Part shown: positions 27,013-39,063 of the stretch, in pieces
How the letters are laid out: every line of letters begins with the position of its first letter
Numbering within the stretch: the stretch's first letter is position 1
IMG/VR virus record: IMGVR_UViG_3300047089_000113
Coordinates: 16,595-80,594 of that record
Source: a virus
Strand: one strand, 5' to 3'
DNA length: 64,000 nucleotides
The notes under the pieces: generated by a model
Told to the model about the DNA's origin: nothing
Seen by the model: the letters and a program-made list of their open reading frames with translations, nothing else
Database searches by the model: none
Program-made: the position numbers and the translations under genes

Positions 27013-27239
27013 ATCCGCTGCTTCCGCTCATCGACCTGCTTGCGCAGCAGGTCAACCCGCTCGGACAGGCTGCGCCGGTTTTCCTCGGCGGTGGCCAGCG
27101 AGTCGCCGTACCGTTCGAGCAGGATGGACTGGGCCTGGTTCTGGTCCCGGAGCGCGGCCAGCCGGTCATCGAACGCCTCCATCTCGGCGGAATAGCGTCC
27201 CCAGGTGACCGGTGAGTCATCCGGGTGGCTGTTCGGCAC
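26925..27239 (-). CDS. Coiled-coil protein with C-terminal TM (lysis accessory)
   Basis: Directly after the endolysin; heptad region followed by a TM helix. Confidence 0.55.
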   Translation of the reverse strand: MPNSHPDDSPVTWGRYSAEMEAFDDRLAALRDQNQAQSILLERYGDSLATAEENRRSLSERVDLLRKQVDERKQRIWTLVTIILTGLALPLLLTSVTVFFHRHG

Positions 27240-27242
27240 GGC

Positions 27243-28262
27243 TCACAGCGCGCCGAGAGCTGCCCACGTGGCCGGGCCGATCACGCTGTCCGCCGTCAGC
27301 TTGTGGCTGGCCTGGAAGGTGTGCACGGCGGCACTGGTGGCCGGGCCGAATCCGCCGTCCGTGGCGATGCCCGCGCTGGTCTTGTTCAGGTCGTGCTGGG
27401 CCAGGCGCACCCACCCGCTGGCATCGCCCTGGCGCAGCAGCGGGCCGTCGCCCGCGATGATGGTGACCGTCGTGCCGGGCTTGACGTCGGAGCCGATCAC
27501 GGGGGCCAGGCCCGAGCAGATCTGGCTGGCCTTCTGCCCGGTGGCCGCCGCCGGGATCATGTGCGCGGCCACCAGCCGGTTGTGCGCGTTCCCGGCGGTC
27601 TTGCCCGCGCAGTCCGGCACGGTGAGCATGCCCGCCGGGGCGGGGTGCGGCGGCTGCGGGCCGGGCGCTGCGGCATGCCCGCCGACCATGGCGGCGAGCT
27701 GGGCGAAGGTGCCCTTGTAGGCGTTGCAGTCCACCTGGCCGAACCCGCCGGTCCTCATCGTGGACGTGTACTGCCACACGTCCGGCCGCATCCCGCCGTA
27801 GGGAGCCCAGCCGCCGCCGTGGTCGGAGTAGGCGCTGTACGCGGAGCTGACCAGGTGCAGGTGCCGGTTGATGAACGGCGTGAGGGACGGCGACCCGATC
27901 TGCTGCCAGTACCAGTGCGGCAGGTAGACCATGTTCACGATGCCGCCGCGAGCCCGCAGCCGGTCGCAGAAGGAGATCGCGTCCCCCATGCCGGGCCGGG
28001 TGTTGCTCGGCTCGAAGTCGATCATGGCGGGCAGCCTTCCGGCCCTGGACCAGTAGTAGTCGGCCTGGCCAGCGCCGTTGCCTGCGGTCAGGAAGTGGTA
28101 GCCGAAGAAGTACGCGCCGACGTTGGCGGCGCTGCCCTTGAAGCGGGTCCAGTAGGGGTTGGTGTAGCCGGTGCCCTGGGAGATCTTGGCGCAGACGGTG
28201 TGCCAGCCAGCGAGGTTGATCCCGGCCTGGTACGAGCTGATGTCGATGTAGAAGACGGTCAC
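27243..28262 (-). CDS. Endolysin: GH25 muramidase, PASTA-like segment and peptidoglycan-binding domain
   Basis: IDISSYQ, K.SQG, GYHF, IDFE, WQYTS, VDCN; L..GD....V...Q...DG.FGP.T..AV..FQ. Confidence 0.9.
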   Translation of the reverse strand: MTVFYIDISSYQAGINLAGWHTVCAKISQGTGYTNPYWTRFKGSAANVGAYFFGYHFLTAGNGAGQADYYWSRAGRLPAMIDFEPSNTRPGMGDAISFCDRLRARGGIVNMVYLPHWYWQQIGSPSLTPFINRHLHLVSSAYSAYSDHGGGWAPYGGMRPDVWQYTSTMRTGGFGQVDCNAYKGTFAQLAAMVGGHAAAPGPQPPHPAPAGMLTVPDCAGKTAGNAHNRLVAAHMIPAAATGQKASQICSGLAPVIGSDVKPGTTVTIIAGDGPLLRQGDASGWVRLAQHDLNKTSAGIATDGGFGPATSAAVHTFQASHKLTADSVIGPATWAALGAL

Positions 28263-28311
28263 CTGGGTCCTCCTTCAGCGGCGGATAACCCCATGGTGCC
28301 ATCGCCCAGTG

Positions 28312-31300
28312 TCAACAGCCAGCGCTGTCCCAGGGCCGCACCCCGCCCGAGCGCTCATACCAGCGGTCGCACATCGGGGTGCGCGGCGGCCGGGCTATCG
28401 CCGCGATGTCATCCTTGATGCCCGTGTACCCAGGATCTGCCCACGGGCTGTCCGCGTAAATGCAGCCGCACTCGGGACATGGGCAGTGCCCGATGAAGGA
28501 CAGCGTGCCCTCATCGGCGGTGGACCGGATGCCGCAGTGATGGCCGCAGGCGGGAGACAGGTGCTCCCCCGGCAGCGCCTGCCGGGTGCTCATGCGTGGC
28601 ACCGCTCCCGCAGCCAGCAGGTGACCGCCTGCGGGTGCTCCCGCCAGCCGCAGTGCTCCGGGCTCGGCCAGGGCGTGGTCCAGGTGCACGCCACGAAGGC
28701 GTGATCAGCCGCGAGCTGGCGGCACTTCAGCCCGAGCTTGTGCCGCAGCCAGTCGGTCATGACGCCGGGTAGAACGGCTCGGGCACCACCTGGGCCAGGG
28801 CCGTGTCCTGCGGTCCCTGGTCATAGTGGTGCACGACCAGCGCATCGCCCAGGAACGCGCGGATCTCGTCAATGCAGCCGCCGCACAGGTCGAACGGCTT
28901 GTAGTCATCCTGGCTGACCACCTCGCCGCCCGCCCTGGCGTGCATCTCGGCCAGGTGCAGGTGCCCGGTCCTGTACGCGCACTCGGCCCCGCACCGGTCG
29001 CAGTAGGTCTTGCGGCTCACAGGATTCCGCCTCCCCCGATGTTCGTGATCGCCTTCGGGTCGTTGATGTTCATGCCCGCGATGGCGTGCTGCCGCAGCCG
29101 CTCGACCCGCGCCTGCTCGGCCGCGTCCTCGCGCGCCCAGCGCTCCAGCACCCAGCCGATCGCCTGCGCTGCGGTGTCCGCGTCGTAGATCAGGACGCTG
29201 CGCATCGTGGTCTCCAGGTGCCAGTGCACCTCGCTGCCGGACTCGACGGTGCGCTGGCCCCAGCCAGCCCCCGGCAGGTCACGGCTCGCGTACAGCCGGA
29301 TCTTCCCGTCCGGCTTGCGTACCCAGGTCAGGATGCACTCGGGCTCGGCGTTGCTCGCCTGGACCTGGATCTCGTTGCTGGCCAGGTTCTGGTAGTAGTC
29401 CACTGCGGGCGTCCCTTCTCAGTTGTGCCGCGCCGATCCGCAGCATCTCGCGGGTGGCGTGCGCGGTCGGGTCCATCATCACCTGGGCGTAGAACCGCCG
29501 TTCGAGCACGCCGATCGCGCGCTCCAAGATGATGGCGTCGGCTTCCATTCGCTGGTGATCTGCGCAGGTCATTCCTAGAATCCCCCCTGACTCGGGCTAG
29601 ACGGTGACGGAGACGGGGCCGTCACGCCAGGGGTCGGGTTATCCGTGCTAGGCGGCGGTGGCTCACCTCCGGTGGTGCTCGGCGGGATGTACCCCGGCAC
29701 GCCGGGGATGTTCGCAGAGCCGGATGACGGCCGGGTCAGGCTCGGCTGCGGCCGGGCGGCTGGCTGCTGATGGCTAGGTCGCACAATGACAGGCGGCTCA
29801 GTGACATACCGCGTGCTGGCGTGCGGCGCTGGCGCGCGGATAGTGGAGTGGATGACCTGCGGCGGCGGGGTGATCACCTCAACCGGGGCGGGCCGGACAG
29901 CGTAGTAGTAGGCGGTGACGCCTCCCATCCCGAGCAGGGCCGAGGTGATCAGCACAGCCAGCAGCAGCGGCCAGCCGCCAGCCGGTCGCCACTTCCTGCT
30001 CCACCTCACCGGCTTAGCCACGAGATCACGGACGGGTGCGCCCTGGCCTTCTCCGCGTGCCTGCGGACGTAGTGCCGCCGGTACCGGGCCAGCGTCCTGC
30101 CCCTGCGCCGCCTGCTCCAGTCGCAGCGCGGGCAGCTCAGGTGGCCGCCGCCCAGGACGGGCGGCTCGGACTTCACAGCTTCCCGGCCAGCCAGGTCATC
30201 CAGCGCGGCGGCGCGTACCGCCTGCCGTGGCAGCTCGTGCACGAGCAGCAGTAGCCGTACCGGTCGCGCGCAGATACCGGGCGGCAGTGCGGGCCGCAGT
30301 CAGGGGTGCTCATCGGCGGTGATCTTCTCCTTCTTGATGAAGCGGGCCAGCACGACCCCGCCGCCCCTGTCCCAGCACAGCGAGCACCGCCAGCCGAACT
30401 CGGCCTGCTCGACCTCGGTTATGTGCCTGTCGCAGACCCCGGACGGCGCGATGTGCTCGTGCGGGCAGCCGATCCAGGCTTTCCATGCCTCGGGCTGGTC
30501 ACAGCGCCGGGTGCCGTGGTAGACCACGCAGCCGCTGTCGGTATGGCGGCGGGCCGCGCGGTTGTCCCAGTGCGGGTAGAGCCCGCCGCCGGTAGCACGG
30601 TCCAGGGCCTGCTGAATAGGGTCACCGGGATCGCCCATGGTGAGCATGCCCGGCGGCGGGCCTAGCAGCTCGTCGTCACGATCGCGTTGATCGGACACCG
30701 TTGATCCGCTCATCAGTCACCTTGCCCAGCAGGCAGATCACGAAGTCGGCGTACCGGGGCAGGTTCAGGAACGCATTGAGCACGTCCAGCCGCTCGGCCT
30801 CGCTGGTGGTAGACACGGTGATCATCTACAGCGCCTTGATCAGGACGCCGAGCTGGGTGAACGTCCACTTGATGCCGGTCCCGACGCCGCTCATGAACGG
30901 GGCACCGCTGGTGCCGGGCGTGCTGATGATGCCGATGATCCAGAACACGATCAGCACCGCCGCGATGGTCAGCGCCGCGCCGAAGACCTTGATCGCGCCT
31001 TCCAGGATGCTGCTCATGACGGCTCGGCGCTCACGTCGATGTTGTCCCCCAGCTCGCCCAGGCGGTCGCAGATGATGTTGTAACCGTCCGAGGTGATGCC
31101 CATCTCGTGCCCGGCGTCCTCATACTCGGGGTCGATCGTCATCGTGATGCGGATCTTCACGACCGCCCCCAGAACCAGTCAGCGCGGCAGGAGACCTGCT
31201 CGTGCCGGGAGTCGCCCGGCGCGACGGGCAGGACGCTCTGCCAGTAGTAGGTGCCGCCAGCCTGGCCGGTGAACCGGTACCGCGTTCTCGCCATCATCGT

Positions 31301-34300
31301 TCCTCATCGTTGCCGTCTCGGAGCAGGGTATCAGGCCGGTGTCCTCACTTCTTGCCCTTCTTCGCCCCGCCGCCTCGCCCGCCCCTGCCCTTGGCGTGCT
31401 GTTCCCTGCGGGCCTTGCTGATCTTCGCCCGGTAGGCCGGGTCCTTCCAGGTGGCCGCCGCACCCTGGGACTGGCGCTTGCGAAATTCCTCATCCTCGTA
31501 GTGCTTCTTCATCGCCGCCGCCTTCTTGGCGGCTATCTCGGCCTTCTTGGCTTCGTCATCGTCGGCCACTGGCCTATGACCGCAGCCAGTCCTCGACGCC
31601 CGGCGTCATGCTGCCGAAGTCCGGGCCGGGCACCAGCCCGATCGACTCGGACGTGATGACGCCCGCGTGGATCAGCACCACGATCACGCGCGCCAGCTTG
31701 GAGACGTTCAGCACTTCCACCTGGTGCGGCTGCTGGGCCATGTACAGGTCGGGGAACTCCCGCTCGTTGCGCTCGGCGTCGGCTGTCGCCCAGGCGGGCG
31801 GCTCCGGGACGGGCTGCGGCCGGTCATCGCCCAGCACCTGCCGCATCACCTCGGCTTGCGCCTCGGTCGGCGTGGTCTGCCCCCTGCGCACCCGCTCGCG
31901 GAGCTGGCTGATGTCGTAGCCAGCCTCGGCCTCGGCCGCCCATCGCTCGATCATCGCCTCGGTGATGATCTTGCCGCTCTTGGTGCGGTACAGCGGCGGG
32001 GGCAGCCAGCCCTCGGCCTCGGCCTGGGTCTGCGCCATGGCAGTATCCAGGCGCTGCTGCTCGGGCGGCGTCAGCTCGTGCTCGCTGCCGACATAGCGGA
32101 ACCGCAGCACCGGACGCCCGGCTACCGGGTACTCCATGCCGGTGAGGGTCATCCGGTACTCGCCAGCCGGTAGCTGGCCGGGCAGCCCGTCGATCCTGAT
32201 CTCGCAGTGCCGGGCGCTGGCCAGGTCGGTCGGCTCGTCGCCGTGCCGCTCGCGGTATGTCTCGTCGCTCTCACCGGGCTGCGGGCCGTCCGGGTCAGGG
32301 GCCAGGCCCTCGCAGCCCGCGTCGTTGCTCATCATCAGGTCCAGTGCCTCCAGACGTGGGCGACGGTGATCACGAAGATCGCCGCCAGCAGGACGATGAC
32401 GGTCGTCAGGTCGGTGCCGATGCTCATCATCGCTGCGTCTCTCCGTTTTTGTGCTCGCGCTTCCAGCGGTGCCGGTCAGCGATCCTGAACAGGACCGGCC
32501 GGGCCGCGAGGATCGCCAGGATCGCCAGCGTGACCAGCACGCCCGTCCACAGAGCCGGGCTCATGAGTCATCCTCCGGGAGGAACACCCAGGCTTGGGGC
32601 ACGGTTTTCAGCGCCTCATCGCCCAGGAAGTAGACGTTGGACCGGAAGACCTCGATGCCCTTGGTGATCTGCTCGTGGCCGCCTTCCACGATGGCCAGCG
32701 CCGTAGCGCGCGGCATCGGGGTGCCCTCAGTGTCGGCGTAGTTCTCCATCAGGTAGCGGACCACCTGGCTGAAGCTGGTGCAGGGCTCGGTGCCCTCGTA
32801 CCGCTCGCTCATCGTTTATCCTCATCGTCGTGCGGGTGCGTCTCACCCGCTTCCGGTGTAAACATAGCAGGCTGCACGGGCATTCCTGGCAGGACCGGCT
32901 GGCCGGTGTAGGGGTGGCTCATCATCATGCCGTGGATCGGGCAGTGGATCTGCGGCGGGTAGGGGTCCTCGCGGTCGTACGCCATCGCGCAGTTGCACAG
33001 GATCGGCGCGAAGAACTGGACCAGCTCGATCCGCTTCAGCATCTCGGAGCGTTCATACTCCTGAACGCGCTCCATGTGCTCGCGCTGAGCGCGGGTCAGC
33101 CGCTGCTGCGGCTGGCCGAACAGCTCGCTCAGGTCGTTGATCTCCGTCATGCCGCCCGCCGGGCCGCGCGGCCGATCTTGCGCCGGATGCGCCCGCGCTG
33201 GGCGGGCGTCTGGTGGCCGGTGACCGCTCCTGTCTCCAGGTCGCGCAGCCCGTAACTGGCCAGCCGCCGCTCGTAGCTCATCGGCACCGTGTCCGGGGTG
33301 CCCTTCTTGCCGAGCCGGGTGCCCCGCCTGCGCCCGCGCACCCTGCGCCTGCTCGTGCTCATCGTGTATCACTCCCTCATCGTAGAGATGCTGCCGCCAG
33401 GCGGCGACAGCATCTGCGGCCTTCAAGCGTACCCCCGCGATCAGCGCAGATCCGCAGGTACAGCCGATCTCGGCCCGCCAGCCGTACCCGTGGATCGTGA
33501 TCGCGTGACCGCGCATGGATCAGGTCCGCCGCCGTCCCCGCGTCCGCGCCCGGATGGCGCGCAGCCCCGGCATGTTCTTCTGCAAGATCCGGTTCTCGAC
33601 AACGTGTATGCCTATCCGGTTTGACCTGGCCCTTCGCAGCAGGAAATCCTGCTTGGCCTTGCCTCTCACCGCGCCTCCTAGTGTTGGATCGTGTTGATTC
33701 TCACCCTGCGTAGATAACCGCAGCTCACCCTAGCCGCAGGTCGTAGATGCCGAGCACGCCGCCATCGGCGGGCACGGTGCCGAGGCTCGGCACGCGGTTG
33801 TGCTCGAACGTGGACGCCTGCCAGGCGTCGGCGGCGGCCTGGTCGCGGTAGACGTACCCGGCCACCTGCGCCGGATCGACATCCTGCCGCCCGAGGTCCG
33901 CCAGCGCCTGGATCACCACCCCGGCGGGGGCTCGCACCGGCCTGCCGTGCGTCCGCTCCAGCTCGGCGCGGCGGCGGTTCCGCCCGGTCTCCCGCTGGTA
34001 ATCGTCCCAGGTCATGGCGCATCTGAGCACCGGTCACGCCCCAGGAACTTCTCCATGCAGCGCTGCATCGCGCCGGGCTTGCCGCAGCGGTCCATCCCGC
34101 GCAGCGGGGCCTGGCACGTCTTCGGCTCGGGCAGCGGCGGCGCTTCGGCGTACGTTTCCGAGCGCCTGAGAGCCGCTGAGAGCCGCGCCCGCTCGCCGGG
34201 GTCCAGGGCTGCGGTTGCGTCCCCCAGGGGGCCGTCAGCGGCTCTCAGGGCCTCGCGCAGGGCCGTCCGCGCCATGGCCGCGTCGGTCTGCTCGGCGCTG

Positions 34301-34529
34301 GTCGCGCTCACGACGGGATCACCCGCTCGGGCAGCGCGGCGGTGATCTTCCGCAGCCGCCCGCCCTGGCCCTCGGTCATGACCACCGGCTCGACCGCGAC
34401 GGAGCGGGCATCGCCAGCCGCCATCGTGTCCACGGCAAGATCCCAGACGCGCACGAATGTCCGCAGGTCAGCCATGGTGAGCCAGCCCTGCTTGGTCTCG
34501 GTGACGACTTGCACGGACGTCGTGCTCAC
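28312..34529 (-). other. Array of about 20 small, translationally coupled hypothetical genes (Zn-finger, membrane and basic proteins)
   Basis: ORFs include 28757-29020, 29017-29403, 29575-30021, 30300-30713, 30826-31017, 31345-31569, 31574-32335, 32561-32812, 32809-33150, 33147-33362, 34012-34311 and 34308-34529, with frequent 4-nt overlaps. Confidence 0.6.
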
Positions 34530-35035
34530 TCGGCCACGGCTTCGTGGTCGGCCGCGTCCCAGGCCGCCTGCCAGTCGATCGGCTCGAACGGCGTCTCGAC
34601 CGGCATGACCGGCTGCGCGATGCCCAGGTGCGCCAGGATCGCGTTCAGCTTGGCGTCCAGGCCCGCCAGGCTCACGCCGGGGCTCGGCACCCGCGCCCCC
34701 GCCAGGACACCCGCCTGGGTGGCGCTGGCGACGATCTCGCCGGGGCTCGGCATGCCGGGCAGCGGGTCGGGCTGCGCGAGCTGTTCCGGGGTGATCCCGG
34801 CATCGCGCGCCGAGGCCACGATCCGCTGCTGGCGGTACTCGGTCATGGTCACTTCCCACGCCTCTGCCAGCCCTTCCTGTGACTCGAACAGCCCTCTGTC
34901 GCGCATGTGGCGCTCGATGTTTCCGGGGTTGCTGAGCTTCGGCGTATCGGCCAGGTCCCGCCAGTACTTCGCAGCCCATCCCACCTGGTCAGACCGGTCG
35001 CGCTGCTCCTTGAGCCAGCCGCTAAAAGTTACCAC
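34526..35035 (-). CDS. YozE/SAM-like domain protein
   Basis: TF..WL..Q..R.D.VG..A...AW.EY-like pattern. Confidence 0.5.
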   Translation of the reverse strand: MVTFSGWLKEQRDRSDQVGWAAKYWRDLADTPKLSNPGNIERHMRDRGLFESQEGLAEAWEVTMTEYRQQRIVASARDAGITPEQLAQPDPLPGMPSPGEIVASATQAGVLAGARVPSPGVSLAGLDAKLNAILAHLGIAQPVMPVETPFEPIDWQAAWDAADHEAVAE

Positions 35036-35223
35036 CTGTAATCATCTGCTCCCTCATCGTTGCCGAGCGTGCTGCATGCCCGTCCCAGGCTGTCCCAGGA
35101 TGTCTCGCGCCGGTCACGGGCTCACGGGCTGAGGCCCGCGACCGGCACTCCCGATCCTACCGCCTGAGTACACCGCTCGCATCTCATCCTCTCAAGTTCT
35201 ACATGAATCCTCGGAATCCTCGC

Positions 35224-35418
35224 TGCGGGTGTGTGCGCAGTTTTCCTTACTTACTACCCCCTTAAATTCTCCGGTCCATAAAGGTAAGAGAAAAGATGCC
35301 CGCACCCCCGCATACACCCGCACACACCCGCACCGAACTTCTACTTACAACACCCGCACACCCGCATTCCTGTGTTTACACGCTTCAGGATTGCGGGTGT
35401 TGGTTTTGTACACCCGCA
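35224..35418. repeat. Probable replication origin: CACCCGCA iterons with an AT-richer tract
   Basis: About nine direct or inverted copies of (CA)CCCGCA around TTTTCCTTACTTACTA...ATAAAGGTAAGAGAAAA at the 3' end of the helicase gene. Confidence 0.65.
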
Positions 35419-36866
35419 ACGTAGATTCCGCTCAATCCTGGAGGCGGAACCAGCATGATCCGGCGTGATTTCTTGTGACCGTCAAGCGGCCTGGAGACCA
35501 TCCAGCCGCTGTCCCTCAGCGCCGCCGTGCACCGGTCCAGCCGGGCACTGACAAGCCTCGGCGTCCACTCCCGCCCGCTCATCAGCGGGAGCTGGAGCTT
35601 GATCAGCAGGTCCCGCGCGGTGCCTTCCCACGGCTGCGTGATCTTCTCCGTGATGTACCAGGACACCGGGTCATCATCGAGCTGATCGGTGTAGCTGATC
35701 GCCTGCCCGGCCTTCCACGTGCCCAGCGCCTGCGTGCCCCACATCGCGTCACACGCCATCAGCACCCGCGCGAAGTCGGGCATGGTCTCGCCCTGCGGCG
35801 CATTAATCCTCGGCAGCATGGCCATCACCGTGCACAGCGTGTCGAACAGCCAGCCCAGGGCTTCCGGGTGCGCCCGCTCCCACGCCGCCGCCAGCTCGAC
35901 GTCCCCGAGGAAGGTCCCCGGCGGCATCAGCTCGTGCACAGCCGCGCGCCGCACCAGGTCCCCGCGAATGCTCATCTCGATGGTGTTGATGATCACCGAC
36001 ACCGGGTCGAACTGGACGGCGAACAGCTCGGCGTCCTTGTAGAGCTTGCGCGCGGTGAAGCTGTCCCCGCTGGCCGCCTTGCAGATCAGGTCCGACTGGT
36101 AGCCGCTCAGCCCGCTCACGTTGTCATGGCCGATGCAGTGCGTGTTGGACGCCAGCGCCGCCCAGTCCTTCGGGTCCTTGCCGAGCTGGGCCATGTAGCC
36201 GCCCAGCCAGCCGACCGTCATCCTCGTAGTGCCTGTCTTGGCGGTTCCCGGCTGGCCGGTGAAGATCTCGACCGGCAGCGTGCAGCCGGGCATGCACGCC
36301 ATCAGGCGGCAGGCCGAGTAGACCGCCTTGGCATCCCAGTCCCGCAGGTTGACCAGGGAAAGCGCGGGCACTCCGCTGCCGCCTGGCACCGGCACGGGCA
36401 GCGGAGCGGTGAAGGAGTTGCGCCGGAACAGCGCGTTTCCGCGCGTGCTGATCTCCCAGCCGTATGGCCCGGCGAGCACGGCGGCACCGTCATCGCGCCC
36501 GAGGTCGATGGCGATCCGGCCGTCACTGAGCCGGGCGGTGCGCAGGTGGGGCTTGACCTTCGGGGCGTCCCCGGCCTCGCCCTTGATGATGCTCATGACC
36601 GCGCCCAGCGCCTCGGAGCTGGTGGTCATGCCGAGCAGTTTGTACAGGTGAGCGGACAGCAGGTCTTTCAGGCCGATCGTGCCGTCCAGCGGGATCGCCA
36701 CGCCGGGCACGGCCTGGTTCACCACGTAGGGATCACCGCCGGTTGACGCGCCGATCCGGTAGTTGTCCTTGAAGATGGCCAGCAGTGCCCGCTGCGGCGG
36801 GATCTTGGCACCGGTCGGCGCGGCGGCGGCGACCTCGGCCGCCCAGGCGTCCCCCAGCCTGGCCAT
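35385..36866 (-). CDS. Replication ATPase/helicase (SF3-like)
   Basis: Walker A GQPGTAKT, DNVS, R.LY.D.E; partnered with prim-pol and iterons. Confidence 0.75.
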   Translation of the reverse strand: MARLGDAWAAEVAAAAPTGAKIPPQRALLAIFKDNYRIGASTGGDPYVVNQAVPGVAIPLDGTIGLKDLLSAHLYKLLGMTTSSEALGAVMSIIKGEAGDAPKVKPHLRTARLSDGRIAIDLGRDDGAAVLAGPYGWEISTRGNALFRRNSFTAPLPVPVPGGSGVPALSLVNLRDWDAKAVYSACRLMACMPGCTLPVEIFTGQPGTAKTGTTRMTVGWLGGYMAQLGKDPKDWAALASNTHCIGHDNVSGLSGYQSDLICKAASGDSFTARKLYKDAELFAVQFDPVSVIINTIEMSIRGDLVRRAAVHELMPPGTFLGDVELAAAWERAHPEALGWLFDTLCTVMAMLPRINAPQGETMPDFARVLMACDAMWGTQALGTWKAGQAISYTDQLDDDPVSWYITEKITQPWEGTARDLLIKLQLPLMSGREWTPRLVSARLDRCTAALRDSGWMVSRPLDGHKKSRRIMLVPPPGLSGIYVAGVQNQHPQS

Positions 36867-37267
36867 CAGACTGTAACCGCTGAGTACACGACAAATCGGC
36901 GCTGGTCAGCTAGGATCGTCATCGTCAGTGTCTCCTGTTCTCGGCATGGAGTGCTGGCCTCGCGGGTGCTTCTGCCAGGAAGCGCCCGAAGGCGTAGGCG
37001 CGGGCTGATAGCCAATGCGACTCGGGGATCAGCCCGCCCGGCCCACACTAGTCCGCGACCGGCCGGTAGGGCAGGCCCGGCACCGGGTGATTTCACGGGT
37101 CCACCCCGCAGCACTCGGCCAGCCAGCCCATCTCGCCGTCATACCACCGGATCAGCTCCCCGGCTCCGAACCGCGCGCCGCAGCCCCGGCAGAAGCCGTC
37201 ATACAGGGACAGCCGCCAGGAGCCCAGGCCGGTGGCCCGCTGGGACATCCGCCACAGTGACTCCCAG

Positions 37268-37474
37268 TCATAGCTGTGCGGCGTGCCGCGCGACGGCATG
37301 GGCGTCCATCCAGTCGTACCAGCGGGCTCCGTGCACGTCGGGGCTGGGCGTGCCGTTGACGGTGCCGTTGCGCCCGGTATAGGAGACGCACATCTCGCCC
37401 TTGGCCGCGCCGCAGGCCCGGCACGCGATGGCCGCCCTGATCCGGGTGCGGATGCCCGGATGCCTACTGCCCAC
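37268..37474 (-). CDS. Small zinc-finger protein
   Basis: C..C.A..G..C......H..R motif. Confidence 0.5.
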   Translation of the reverse strand: MGSRHPGIRTRIRAAIACRACGAAKGEMCVSYTGRNGTVNGTPSPDVHGARWYDWMDAHAVARHAAQL

Positions 37475-38414
37475 TGCCCCGCCAGGACGCGAAGGCCATG
37501 TGCTCCTGCTGCCGCTGGCGGCTGATGAACTTGCGTGCACTCTCCACGCACACCAGCACCTCCCGCCACGTGAAGTCCCGTTGATCACTGGCTTCCCAGA
37601 TCTCGCGGATGATGCCGACCACGATCGACGCGACGTCCGGCTCAGTCCCGTACCGGCGGTAGAGAGAGCACGCGACCCGGTAGACCGTGTGGTTGCGCTC
37701 CCCCACCGGGACACCGGTCTTGCGCAGCTCGCCCACGTCCGGCGGCGGATTAGCAGTGCTTCCCTGCTGCTGCTGCTGCGGCGCGGACATCGCCCACGCA
37801 GGCAGCCAGGCCGGTGCCCACGGTGCTCCCGCCATGCACGGGCAGCCGTGCTCCCAGGCGTACGGCACCGGGACCGGCTCGACCCGCTCGCCGTCCCTCC
37901 CGTCCGGCATGATCAGCCGCGCGGACGGGGCCGCGAGCACGTAGCCGCCGTCCCCCTTCAGGTCCACGCCGGGCAGGATGCCGGGACGCTCGGGGACGGC
38001 CAGGCCGGGCGGCAGCCGCATCCACAGGTGCACGCCACCGCTAGGCGTCCGCGCTACCGGGTGACCGGCCATGGTGCTGATGGGGCTGCCGTGCAGAAAT
38101 TCAACCAGCGAGTCCATGCCGTTGGCCGTGCCCTTGACGTCGCAGTCGATCACGGCGAGCGCGGAGACCTGCCCCGTCGCAACCCCGATGCCCGCCGCCG
38201 GGTCGTTGCTCCACCAGCGGCGTATCTGTGCCGGGTCAGTGCTGGCCCAGTGCACCCCGCCTTCCGGCGGGAGCATCCGGTGCGGCTTCTTGCCTCCGCG
38301 CTCGCACGGAAGGACAGCGTATCCCCAGGACGCATAGCGCAGGGCCATAACGCCGAAGCCGATCTGGCCGACCTCCCCGCCAGCCGGTACCGCCCAGCTA
38401 TGCCCGCAGTTCAC
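37464..38414 (-). CDS. Bifunctional DNA primase/polymerase (prim-pol plus PriCT-like)
   Basis: G..V.P....K.P, ASTD, IG.ATG, IDCD, TPSGG.H, D.KG.GGYV.A.PS, G.RN; exact start uncertain. Confidence 0.9.
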   Translation of the reverse strand: MNCGHSWAVPAGGEVGQIGFGVMALRYASWGYAVLPCERGGKKPHRMLPPEGGVHWASTDPAQIRRWWSNDPAAGIGVATGQVSALAVIDCDVKGTANGMDSLVEFLHGSPISTMAGHPVARTPSGGVHLWMRLPPGLAVPERPGILPGVDLKGDGGYVLAAPSARLIMPDGRDGERVEPVPVPYAWEHGCPCMAGAPWAPAWLPAWAMSAPQQQQQGSTANPPPDVGELRKTGVPVGERNHTVYRVACSLYRRYGTEPDVASIVVGIIREIWEASDQRDFTWREVLVCVESARKFISRQRQQEHMAFASWRGSGQ

Positions 38415-38933
38415 GGCTCGCCGCCTGCCACAGAGTCTCCCAGTCAATCGGCGGCGGTGTCCCGGTCAGCGACCAGTGTCTGAGGATGTCTCCTTGAGGT
38501 GGCTCCATCCTGTCGGCCAGGCGGTTGATGGCGGTAGCCAGCCCGTCGATCGACTCAGCCACCGTGCTGAGCCCTTCGTATGCTGCCGAGCCCGCGCCTT
38601 CTATCGCCGGGCCGACAGGACTGCGCAGGCCCTGGCCGCCAAGCGCCATGGCCACGCCTTCCAGCATCTCGGCTATGTCGTGCGGGTTGACGCCGGTCAC
38701 TGCGCCGCCTGCTGGGCCTCGGCGGTGAGCAGCCGGGCGAACAGGGTGCCGAAGTCCACGATGCCGGTCTGCACCGACGCGATCACCAGCCGCCGCTGGA
38801 AGACCTCGACCAGCGCGAACGTGTAGATATCCTCGGTGCCGGGCACCTGGTACATCCCCTGCTCGACCGCGCCGGGCGAGACCTCGTGCACCTTGCCCGC
38901 GAACGGGCCGTCCATCCATACCGGGCTGACCAT
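38398..38933 (-). CDS. Two small coupled hypothetical genes (38697-38933 and 38398-38700) heading the leftward arm
   Basis: GAGGGAG RBS before ATG 38933; GTG/stop overlap between the two. Confidence 0.45.
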
Positions 38934-38981
38934 GTTCTCTCCCTCATCGTGATCGGCGTACTCAGGCACCACTGTACCGGC

Positions 38982-39013
38982 GGAATCGCTAGGATGTCCT
39001 TGGTGTTTACACC
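38982..39013 (+). promoter_or_regulatory. GGAAT-N18-GTT promoter with palindromic operator at the divergence point
   Basis: GGAAT 38982, GTT 39005, GGTGTTTACACC 39002-39013. Confidence 0.75.
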
Positions 39014-39063
39014 AGTGACCGGCGCATCCCGCGACCGGGGATGACGTTAAAGGAGAGAGTCAA

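Noticed and set aside
1-38900. Many long plus-strand ORFs (e.g. 19586-21304, 16211-17593, 35475-36746)
   Set aside because: Antisense shadows of real minus-strand genes, typical of high-GC DNA; no RBS or motifs.
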